From: Oculina patagonica
Lineage: Eukaryota
Length of the DNA stretch: 64,000 bases
Direction of reading: 5' to 3'
Assembly: GCF_052425735.1 (NCBI RefSeq)
Contig: NC_135760.1
Location: 8,246,001-8,310,000, forward strand
The translations under genes and the position numbers were made by a program. Below are positions 41,701-52,900 of the stretch, piece after piece; positions within the stretch are counted from its first letter, which is position 1; each line of letters begins with the position of its first letter. The notes under the pieces are model-generated. The model was given only the letters and a program-made list of their open reading frames with translations, was not told where the DNA came from and ran no database searches.

Positions 41701-44700
41701 CACTTGGGTTCGTCCTTGCTTTTTTTTCATTTAAAACGAACTCAACTATCTAATAATTGCACTATCTAGAGCCTTGTGAAGGTTTATGTAGACAAAAATA
41801 TCAATACGTAGACGGCAGAGGGTCGTATGTCTGTATTGGTTGTGTTAACCATGGAACAAGTTTATAGTTTCGACGATGTTTCACCAAGATTTGTTTTTTA
41901 TCCTGGATGCTTTTTCATCTAAGGTGGACTTAACCTCTCCTCATCACAAGCAGAGCTACAGCCGCCTGATAACCGCACTATCCAGAGCTTTGTTAAGGCC
42001 TACGTAAACGAACATATCGGTAAGTATGCCGTAGAGAGAAAGGAAGTAGCTTTATTAACCTGTATTGTTTGTGTTAACCTCTGAAAAAGCTTATATCTTC
42101 CGTGATAAGAGTCTTTTTACCTGAATGTCGTTTTTCTATTTTAGTTTATGTGGACTAAACGTTTCTTTATCACCCCCCCCCCCCCCCCAACCTCCTGACA
42201 ACCGCACTATCCAGAACTTCGTAAAGGATTATGTAGACAGCTATGTGGGTGGTTTTTTTTAGAAGTTAAAATTTCTTTGTTATTTGTCTCAGTCTTTGAA
42301 GTTTATATTTCGTTAGATTATAACATCCTTGCACTTTTAACCCACCTTTTTTAAACTTTTTTTTCGCTTTAGGTGGAATCAATCTTTCTTTGTCACAACC
42401 GCAGCCTGATAACCACATTCTCCAGAACTTTGTAAAGGATTCTGTAGATGAATATATCAGTGAGTACACTTTAAAAGTCCATTGGACTGTTATTGTTTGT
42501 TTTTATCGATGAACAACGTTATATTTTCCATAACAATGATAATCTTTCACCTGAACACTTTTTCCTGTCTTCATTTAAGGTGCACTCAACTTTTCTTCGC
42601 CGCAACCCCAAGCACCTAATAACCGCACTATCCAGAACTTTGTAAAGGATTATGTCGATGCGTATATAGGTTGGTATACTGTGTAACAGGGCCACATCGG
42701 CTATGCTGTTTGTGTGTATATTTTTTTAAGATTGCGATAACCTTTCACACTGGCTGTCTCTTTCCGTTTTTCATATTCAAGGTGGTCTTAATCTTTCCTC
42801 GTCACAACCGCCTGAAAATGGCACTATCCAGGACCTTGTTAAGGCTTATGTAGATGAATATATTGGTTAGTATACTGTTCCATACCAGTGACTGTTAACC
42901 TCTAGGCAAGCTCATTATTTCAACGATCGTCACATCTTTTCACGCGAATGTTTTTTTTTTTCAAGGAGGACTCAATTTTTCTTCCGCACTACTACAACCG
43001 CCCGATAACCGCACTATCCAGAACTTTGTCAAGGATTATGTAGACGAGTATGTGGGTGGGTATACTGTGGCATGCTACTTTACAATATTTTTTTTGTGAT
43101 CAACTTTGAACAATTTTCATTTCACTGTACGTCTATGTCACTTCTCTTTTTTTGTTTAAGGTGGTCTAAATTTCACCTCGTCGCAACAACGACCGCAACC
43201 ACCTGATAACCGAACTTCTATCCGGAATTTTGTCAAAGATTATGTAGATGAACAAATCGGTTAGTATAATCTGGAATGTAACGTGGCTGTGTGGTTTGTT
43301 TTGACTAGCTTTTGAGAAAAGATAAGTTGTTAAGATATTAAAGGGACTGTGTCACGGTTAAGTATATTTTGCCAGATACTCACTATGAAACGTAATGTTT
43401 GCAAAGAAAGTACTTCTATGGATCTAGATGACAAAATCATAGCTTCGACTGCGACCAAATGTGTCTCCCGGGCGTTATAATTTTTAAAAAGTTTTAAGCA
43501 AACAAGATATTAACTTTGAAAACTGTTCAGCCCAACAATATTTCAAAACCCGTATCGCAATCCATTTTAATCTTCGTCGCTTTTGGCCATCCATACCTCC
43601 TTTTGTATTTGCTGTGTTATTGAAATGTTCCTTCACTGTTTTAAGAAGTTATTATTATATTTCAACGAATTTGATGGTCATTTCCCATGCCTTAATTTAG
43701 CTAAAATCCGTGACACAGTCCCTTTAACATCTTTTTAACCTGATGTCACTTTTTTGTTCTTTATTTAAGGTGGACTCAATCTTTCTTTGTCGCAAGCGCA
43801 ACCACGGCCACCTGATAATCGCACTATTCAGAACTTTGTAAAGAATTACGTAGATAAGTATGTAGGTGGGTATATATACTTTAGCATACCTTAATACTGT
43901 GTTATTTGTGTCAATTTTTTACACGATAGTCAATGCTTTTTTTTTTCTTCTGCAATCTAGGTGAACAAAACCTTCCCTCGTCACAAACGCAACTACAGTC
44001 GCCTAATAACCGCACTATCCAGCACTTTGTTAAGGCATATGTAGATAAGTATATTGGTGGGTATATAAGGATCAGATGACTGTGCTGTTATTTGTAAATT
44101 GTTGATCTCATTTTTCATGAAATATTGTCTTTCCCTGCAGATGTAAAAGGTTACTCGTGCGTTGATACAAATGAGAGCAGTTTTAAATTTAGAGGCTGCA
44201 CGATACTGTGTTATTGGGCAACAGAAAGACTTCAAAACGCAAACAAGTCTTCTGTTAAAATGTCAGAGATGACCAATTCCAGGGGAAAAGGGGCAAATCA
44301 ATAGAGAAATATTTTGGAGTATAAGGTTTTTCATATGGGAAAAATACGCTTTAATGGGAGGACTTGCAGCTTTTGCATGTTAATTGACTTTATCTGGCTT
44401 CGTGAAAGAAACATGAATAAACTGCATGTATATGTTGCTGGTTAACCTGCATGCATGAATATGATGCATGTTTCATTGCATGTGTGCATGCTTTTGCATG
44501 TTATTTGCACGTTTTTTGACTTCATCTGGCTTTATGAAAGAAACATGAACAACTGCATGTGCATGTTGCTGATTTATTTGCATGTTGCATGATGAATATG
44601 ATGCATGTTTTATTGCATGTGTGCAAGTGTGCATGTCTTTGCATGTTATTTGCATGTTTTGTTGTCTAAATCTGGCTTTATGAAAGAAGCATGAATAACT

Positions 44701-46926
44701 AGTGCATGTTGCTGGTTAACTTGCATGCATGCTGCATGAAGAATATGATGATGCATGTTTCATTGCATGCGTGCATGCTTTTACATGTTGTTTCATGTTA
44801 ATTGACTTCATCTGGCCTTATGAAAGAAGCATGAATAAATGCATGTGCGTGTTGCTGGTTTACTTGCATGCTGCATGATGAATATGATGCATGTTTCATT
44901 GCAAGTGTGCATGTCTTTGCATGTTATTTGCATGTTTATTGACTTCATCTGGCTTTATGGAAGAAACATGAATAATTGCATGTGCATGTTTGCTGGTTAA
45001 CTTGCATGTTGCATGGTGAATATAATGCATGTTCCATTGCATGTGTGCATGCTTTTGCATGTTTTTTGTATGTAACCTTTCCTCAGATGGCAGCAATCTG
45101 AATGCAAAAATCAACGAGGTGGTTACCTCGCGCCTGAGAAAAACCAGTACAGGTTAGTTTATTCTTCTTTCAGCCGTCAAAATGATCAGCTACGAGAATT
45201 TCGAAGTTGTAGTCAGTCTCTGAAAAGAAATTGCGTTTTAAACTCGCTTGTTTGCTTGTTGGGAATAAACTTAACCCGTTTATGATATGTCCTAGCGCCT
45301 TTTGCATGCATGTCGCACACCTTAATGTTAAATGCATGTAGCTGTTACGTACTCTATTTTCGTTGACTTACACTGGATTTCCACTGACGCGTAATTCGTG
45401 CGTGAAACAATGACAATGTATGAACGACTTGCGCATAGTTAATAGAGGGAAGTGGTTAGGAAGCCTGGCAAAGTTCTTTGTTATATGTTTTTGTTCGCTA
45501 TTTTGGGGGTTGACCCTGCACAAAACCTGAGAAAATACAATAGGTGGTTACGTGTGTTCATGCAACTAACCAATTGAATCATAGCGATTACGTAATTCAT
45601 GCATAGTGCATGAGCGCAAAACAAAAGATGTGCAGGGTTGTGGACCTTCCAACATAAATCTTGGCCTCTTTGTTTGCTCCTTTGATGTTTGCCGGGCTTC
45701 CTAACCATTTTCCTATATTAACTATGACTTGCGTAAACGTTTACGTATGTCGTTCATACATTGATGACGGTCTCTAATTTTTTTTCACGTACGTAAACGC
45801 ACGTAAAAAATTAGGCGTCACTGGAAATTACAGTTGAAATCCACCTTTAGAGAAAAATGTATTATCTTTTTAAGACGGAATCCACTAGGAAGTCGAGTAA
45901 TATTTATTAAAGTTGGACAAAAATCAAGTACCAGAATAATTTAAATCCTATTGCGTTATTTCCTACCCTTAATAAAAGGTAAAGATGTAAGTAATTATCC
46001 GTGATAACACCAGCAACAATTTCTTATCAGAGTCTGAGAAAATGAATTTCAAAGTTCACAAGGTATGGGCAAAATCTCACGTGTAGCCATTTTGTAAATT
46101 CATTCAGTGGAATTCAGCGGAACTTCAAAATGTGTTTTCGATGTGTGGTGTTGTTAGAAAAGATTTCTTTTGATAAGATATTTGAAGCAGTAACAAAAAA
46201 GTTTGCAATAAGGTGGAAATAACTCTGGTACAACAGTTTCTTATCAGAGTCTGAGAAAATGATATTTAAATTTCACAAGCTATGGGCAAAAGCTCACATC
46301 TTTTAAGCGATTCAGTGGAATTCAGCGGAACTTCAAAATGTGTTTTCGATGTGTGGTGTTGTTAGAAAAGATTTCTTTCGATAAGATATTTGAAGTAGTA
46401 ACACAAAAGCTTGCAATCAGGTGTAAATAGTTTTGGTACATAATTTTGTCCAATAACTACTCGAAGTCCTGGCGGATTTCCTCTTAAAACCTGAAAACTT
46501 GACGGCGCGCTTCTCAACACTTCTATATCCTTCTTTACTCCAATTGCTGAAATTGGAAATTCACTGCGACAATCATTTATCACTCTCATATTAGCCTGCG
46601 AACAGGCTCCCGAGTGGGGTTTTACGCGAGCGAAGCGAGCGGAAGAGCGGGGCCTGAGGGGGAGCCTCCCGCGCCCCCCGTACTCCCCCTCAGGCCCCGC
46701 TCTTCCGCTCGCTTTGCTAACTCCACTCGCTTCGCTCGCGTAAAAACCCCACTCGGGAGCCTGTTCGCAGGCTATCTCATATACATCCGCAGTTCATATA
46801 TGAATCATTTCATATACATTACATCATTTCACTCCTCTCACGGGAAAATATGAACTCACAATTGACCTCGCTTCCAATGTGTGGCTTCAATTAATAGCTC
46901 AGTTGGTGGAGCATCGCACCGGTATC

Positions 46927-46960
<34 letters not shown>

Positions 46961-49900
46961 TGAATTTTTTTCAGGCTTCTTTATTCCAATTGCTTAAATT
47001 GGAAATTCACTGCGACGATCATTTATCACTCTCACTTCTATATCCCTTATTACATATGAACACCGAGTTGTATGACGTTGCTCACTCACCGCGAGTCTTC
47101 TACAGCGAAATGGTAAGAGCATCTGAATGCTACCCAGTGAGAAGGTCATCGTTTTTACTCCCATTGGGGAATTTAGTGGTGGTTGGAACATCCGATACGA
47201 TCGGCCGGTCGGGGACGATGAAGTCCCAAGGAGAAATTCGAAAAAATTAACGTATAGGAAAAATACACTGGGAAAGACTTTTAGAACGTCTGTGGAATCC
47301 CGTAAAAGCACTGTTATTCGTGTCATGTTTGCATACCATACAAAAAGCGGCATAAAACGGTGCATTACCAACTGTACAACATGATTGTTCAAGGCAGGAA
47401 GCTTGCCATGCCAAGCCAAGCTATCCTCTTTTTACTATAAAATCAGTCTGCCTGATCCTTCGTTTAACCAATTTATCCGTGTATCTGCCGCTATTTGTTT
47501 TTCACAGGTTTTCAACTTGTTTACTGTGTACGTATAACAATTTTTATCGTAATTAAATGACTGTACCTGAATATCAGCCTTGTCCCTAGGCGTTCTCACG
47601 TCCTATTGTCCGTGCGAAGTCTGGGATGGGAACGGGCGTGTCTCAGTGACGTCATGGCTCACAATCGGGTCCAAGTTTTACCGAGCCGAGAACTCTAAGG
47701 ACTAGGCTGCCTGAATATATGTCTATCAATTGTACAGATTTATGTTTTGTTTTTTTTCAACTTTGATAAGGGTGATTTCCCTTAAAGATTTTTTTCTTAC
47801 TTTGTATTTGTATTAAAATGAGTATTGTAGGCTTGAGATGGCATGATTTTCAGCTTTTGTCCTGACTCCTTAAGCGTTGCAAAAGGTTTTGGGTTGATTC
47901 AATCTATTTTGATGCAAGCACAGACGCCCCCAGAAAAAATCTTGATTTCTAAAATTCTCATTCTTAACAGATGTCAAGGCAATTCCTGGTCCTCCAGGTC
48001 CCCAGGGAATTCAGGGCGCTGCCGGTCCCCCTGGTATTCAAGGTCCTATCGGTCCTCCCGGTAATCCGGGGACTTCTGGTCCCGCAGGAGCAGCAGGATC
48101 ACCCGGCCCCGCAGGGGCTGCAGGTTCTCCGGGCGCTAATGGTATTCCGGGACCTCCCGGCCCACCGGGGACTCGGGGACAGCGCGGCTTACGTGGCCCG
48201 CCCGGCCCCCCTGGGAGGCCAGGGACGGCCACAACAGTGACTCGCCCAAAAGTAGAAGAACAAGAGAAAGATCCAAAGGAACCTGTGAAGAAAGCACCGT
48301 CGTTTGAAGGATTCTGTAAGTTTTTACACTTTTGTCAAAGCTACTTTTTCCTTTTTCCCATTTTTATTCTAAAGAATGAAATTGGCCAATCAAAGTGAAA
48401 AACTGTGCAGTAAGTGGCGGAGTTGTCAAGTTTCACGTCCGCTCTCCGACAATTGTCAAATTCACATCCTTCGCTACTTGCGTTTTGATTGGCCTATTTA
48501 AGAAGTTGTCAAAAATAATCAAAAAACTTTGTCGGTACAGTGCAAAGCACAGTAAGGGCCTGTTTACATGATTCCGGAATGACTTTCATTCCGGAACGAA
48601 ACTCGTTCCGGAATGAAGTTCGTTCTGCATTCACATGACAGAGTCGACCGGCTCAACCTAAAGCGTTTTCACGTACGCGGTTTTCGCGCGAGATCAAAAC
48701 AAGATGGCGCATGTTTCGCGCAAACATGTTTTTATGCTCATGAATGGCCGTATCTGCAAATTTAACGTGCAATTTCACCATAGAGCTGCTTCTTTGGGCT
48801 AAACAGCAAATGCTTTTAAGTTATTTCGCTCTGAATTCAAACTGTGGCCTCCGTATGCGATTTCATCTCGGAACGAAATTCGTTCTGTGTTTACATGATA
48901 CCAGAATGAAATGTCATTCCAGAACGAAAATTTCATTCCGGAATGAAAACCGGAATGAACTCATTTCGGGATGACTTGACTTTCGTCTCGGTATCATGTA
49001 AACAGATACAGAGAAATATGTGGGGATGGAATGAACTCGTTCCGGAATGAAAGTCATTCCGGAATCATGTAAACAGACCCTAAGGGTTGCTTACATTTAG
49101 TCTATAATGTGTTTTCGTCATTCAACGGCCTTGGATATATGTAAAAGGCCCGTTTACACAGGCGATTTTTGTCGCGCAACTCACTGCAATTTTTGTCGCG
49201 CCGAAGTTGCATAAAGTCTCCTGCGATGTCGCAGCGATGAAAATCGCCATGAAATCACCGCGAGTTTGCACGCGTGTAAACTAGCGGTGATATCGCAGGA
49301 GTTTCAAACCTGTTCGAAACTTCATGCAACTTCGGCGCAACAAAAATTGCATTGAGTTGCGCGACGAAAATTGCCTGTGTAAACGGGCCTTTTACATATC
49401 CAGGGCCTTTGAAATAAACGATAAAATTGATTCATTCAATTTTTTAATGCTTTCAGCTAAGCCCAACATTACCACCCCGCCTCCGAAATCGTACACAGCC
49501 ACGAAAGGAGACATGATAGTCCTACAATGCTCAGCTCATGGAACACCGAAACCTGAAATAATCTGGGCGAAAAAGAACAGCGGAAGAGCTGTCATAGGAA
49601 GTCACTTCGTCTTAGAAAATGCCCTCCCAGAGGACACTGGGAACTGGACGTGCAGGGCAAGTAACTTCATGGGTACGGACACCGCTGACGTTGAAATCGT
49701 CGTCGCAAGTAAGTGCTAAAATGCAAGGTATTAAAGGGACTATGTCACGGAGATTTCGCAGATTTTTGGTCTAAATTGTTCTGAAATTAGTGGAAGGCAA
49801 CTAAACCCATAAAAAACAATATCTTTAAACATCTAAAGGAAGTTATAATCTTAATTTGCGGAAGAAATCAAGCTAAGGCTACAAATATCGATTTTGTTTG

Positions 49901-52900
49901 ACGATACGCGGAAACAATTTGAAAACGTTTGCCTAACGTTTTCAAATTACAATCCGTTTCCATCCGAGCCATCTGCATCCAATAATGCTAGTTAACAGTT
50001 TCAGTGTTTTAATATAGCAATTGTTAATAAAAATGGACTATTATTTCTAGGTTTCATGCGACAAAAATATAAATTTTGGCTGTTAAAAAATCTGGTAAAA
50101 TCCGTGACATACTCCCTTTAAGGCCTGGCAAAACGAGGATAATTGTTTTCTCGTTTAGCCATGTTTCCATGCCCCCTGAAACACGGAATGTTTCTGCGGT
50201 GTAGCCGAAGCAAATTTTGCTTCCTGGAAGCAAAATTGACGCTGGAAACAATGCTTCCCGTTTGGCAAAACTGGGAAACATTTGGAAAACATGTGCGCGC
50301 TACAAATGTTTTTGGAAACATGTTTTCTCGTTTTATTAGGCTTTTAGCCAGAATTTACTTGAATTGGAGTTAATCACTGCCAAGTTGACATCTAACATGC
50401 CAACAACACTTGAACGAGCAATAGGCTAGGTCGTTAAAAGGGTGAGTAACCTCGTCACAAATAAATCTTTATAGGTCATGCTACACGAAACAATTTTTCT
50501 TGCAATTTGCAGCCCAACAATGACGACCATAAAATATTGCAAGTTGCAAAGCGGGTTTTACAGGTTTGCAATTTTTGTACGCAAGTTGCAACGCACCGTC
50601 TGGAAATTACCATCTAGAGATGTCATGCAAGCGAAGGACTTGCTCCTATTGGCTCCTTAAACCTTTAAATAAAACTGCTTTGCAAATCGCGACTGTCATG
50701 TCGCACCCAGCAACTTCTCTCAGAACGTTACAAAAATAGAAGATAGTTTCCTTGCAACTTGCAACGCAATATTTTGTTGCATTGCAGGTTGCAAAAACGA
50801 GGTGTTAAACCGGGAAGTTTTCTGGGTACCTGGCAATGCAATGTTCGTTGCGTTGCAAGTTGAAAGGAAAATTGTCTCGTGTAGCATGGCCCGGCCTTAT
50901 CTAGGGAGTAGCGTAGTTCGTAGCACTGCAGTTAAAAATGTTTGGGGGGAGATATTTGCTGGGAGATCTTTGCTGGCGTTAAAAATGTTCGGGTTGTAGC
51001 CAGGCATGTTAAAAATTCGAATTAATAAGTTGACACTGGCTAAAAATATTGTTTTTGGACGTTTCGGCCACTACTGTTGCCTTTTTCAGCAAGATAAAAA
51101 TGCAAATGTTCAACGGCGTCCTGTTAAAATATTTAACGAATGTGTGAAAACTAAATGAACTTTCCGAGTGCAACAAAAGTCTCTAGAGCATTCTTAATGA
51201 GTCTATAAATTCTTAATGCTATTGTAAACGTTTGGTAGCGCTATGTGTTCGTTTATAGCGTTCCTATCTCGCACAGAATGCCAAGCTTCAAGAATATAGT
51301 CGTTGTTTCAACACCGTTGACCTGTCAACAATTTCGACGCACTCCAAATCTATTTGATGGTCGTTAAGCATATGGTGTTTTGCCAACAAAGACTTTTTAT
51401 CCAATGTTGCGATGGCCTTTGCGTGTTCTTTCATACGTGTTTTAAGCGCGCGTGATGTCTGACCAACATAAACATTGCTGACGTCATTGTTCACATTTTG
51501 CCTCATTGGCATACGACTTTGCATAGAGAAGGCATCGTACTATATACAAAGTGACTTCAGATATCTTTAAAAGCTTGTTAAACGTAATTTTCTGCGAAAT
51601 ATTTTAGCATTTTGTGTGCAATATTCAAGGAGATATAAGCATTCAAAAACTGAAAAAATTCTAGGTAGCAAAAGCGCCAATGAGCCCATAGCATTTTTTG
51701 TAAAATATCAAGTTTTCAAACCTATGTCACAGAAAAAGTAATTAATACATCGGGCTCAAATTTATAGCGAGGGTTATTGTACCATATACTTTCAATATTT
51801 AGAATTGATATTATTGTAGCTCGATTAGAAAGTGAAACGCTTTTGCTTATGAGGCAAATATTGCAACCAAGAATCCCCTATAACTTACTCTCAAACCTCT
51901 ATCTTCGTTAGCTGAGCCCAAGTTCACCGTAGCACCAGATCCAAAAGTCACGGCCTTCACAGAGCAAGTGACAGAACTAAAATGCATCGTTGAAGGGTTT
52001 CCGCCACCGAAGGTAGAATGGCGTCGTCAAGGCAACAAAGAGCTACCCTTTGGCAGACACTACATCCGCAATAACAACCTGTACTTACAGAATCCCATCA
52101 AGGAAGATGAAGATATTTACATGTGCCACGCTTCTACTCCAGCTGGCTCTGTTATGGGCGGTACTGAGGTCACCGTACTAACATATGGTAAGTTATTTTG
52201 GAGTGGTATTCAATTGCACGCATTTACTTGTGAAAAATAATTCTTTTAAGTGTGAATTAATTCGTGATTGTGACAGTTCAACTTCTGTGAATGTGACGTG
52301 GGATTTTCGTATTACATTATGACGTTTCGGACGTTAACAACAAGTCCATTCCTCTTTTAAAGGGACTGTATCGTGGCTGAATTTATTCTATTTTAAATTT
52401 TGTCAAATATTTGCCATGAAACGTCATGTCTGCAAATGAAATTACTAAAATGGATCTAAATGAAAAAAATCGTAGTTTCATGTCAACCAGAAACCTCTCC
52501 AGGGCATAAGAATTAAAGGTTACAAACAACCGAGTCTAATTTTGAAAATTGTTCAGCCTAAGAGTATTTCAAAAAACTACATCGAAATCCATTTCAATCT
52601 TCTCAATTTGTTGCCCATCCGTACCTTCTTTTGTATTTGCTGTATTTCAGCCAATTGGCTGCCATTTTCCGATGCCTAAATGTGACAAAGCTCCTTTAAG
52701 AAAGTTAAAGTACAAACAACAGATTGTTTTCAATTGGCTTTAAAGTAGCTCTTCCGAGTTTTTTTTTTTCTGGCCTCAAAGGTAGCCAAAAGTGGATAAC
52801 ATCCTAAAATTCTCTTTTTATAGACAATGTAGAGGCGAAAATGTCAGCAAAATAAAGTTGTTGAATTTTGACTGAGGGACATTTTCAAGCACCAATAAAC

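Larger units (their letters stand above)
34566..44056 (+). repeat. Array of about 42 tandemly duplicated phase 1-1 coding exons (84-99 nt)
   Basis: Unit starts: 34566, 34942, 35156, 35386, 35568, 35781, 35976, 36177, 36353, 36564, 36759, 36933, 37409, 37598, 37811, 38028, 38215, 38388, 38691, 38874, 39088, 39289, 39508 (dead), 39702, 39889, 40082, 40296, 40506, 40735, 40939, ~41212 (shifted acceptor), 41429, ~41736 (dead), 41924, ~42150 (dead), 42373, 42580, 42782, 42966, 43161, 43770, 43961. Each intact unit has a pyrimidine tract plus AG, a length divisible by 3 and a GT donor. Confidence 0.93.

Noticed and set aside
34566-44056. CRISPR-like repeat-spacer appearance
   Set aside because: Units are 84-99 nt, degenerate, protein-coding and bounded by AG/GT. 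The spacers are mutually homologous introns, the context is eukaryotic and there are no cas genes.
33800-45062. The two TGCATG blocks as an inverted pair forming a long-range RNA duplex
   Set aside because: Both have the motif in the same orientation and unrelated unit sequences. Only the 4-6 nt palindromic cores could pair. A duplex-folding calculation against shuffled controls would settle it.
48038-48232. Minus-strand Gly/Pro-rich ORF
   Set aside because: Antisense shadow of the plus-strand collagen exon.
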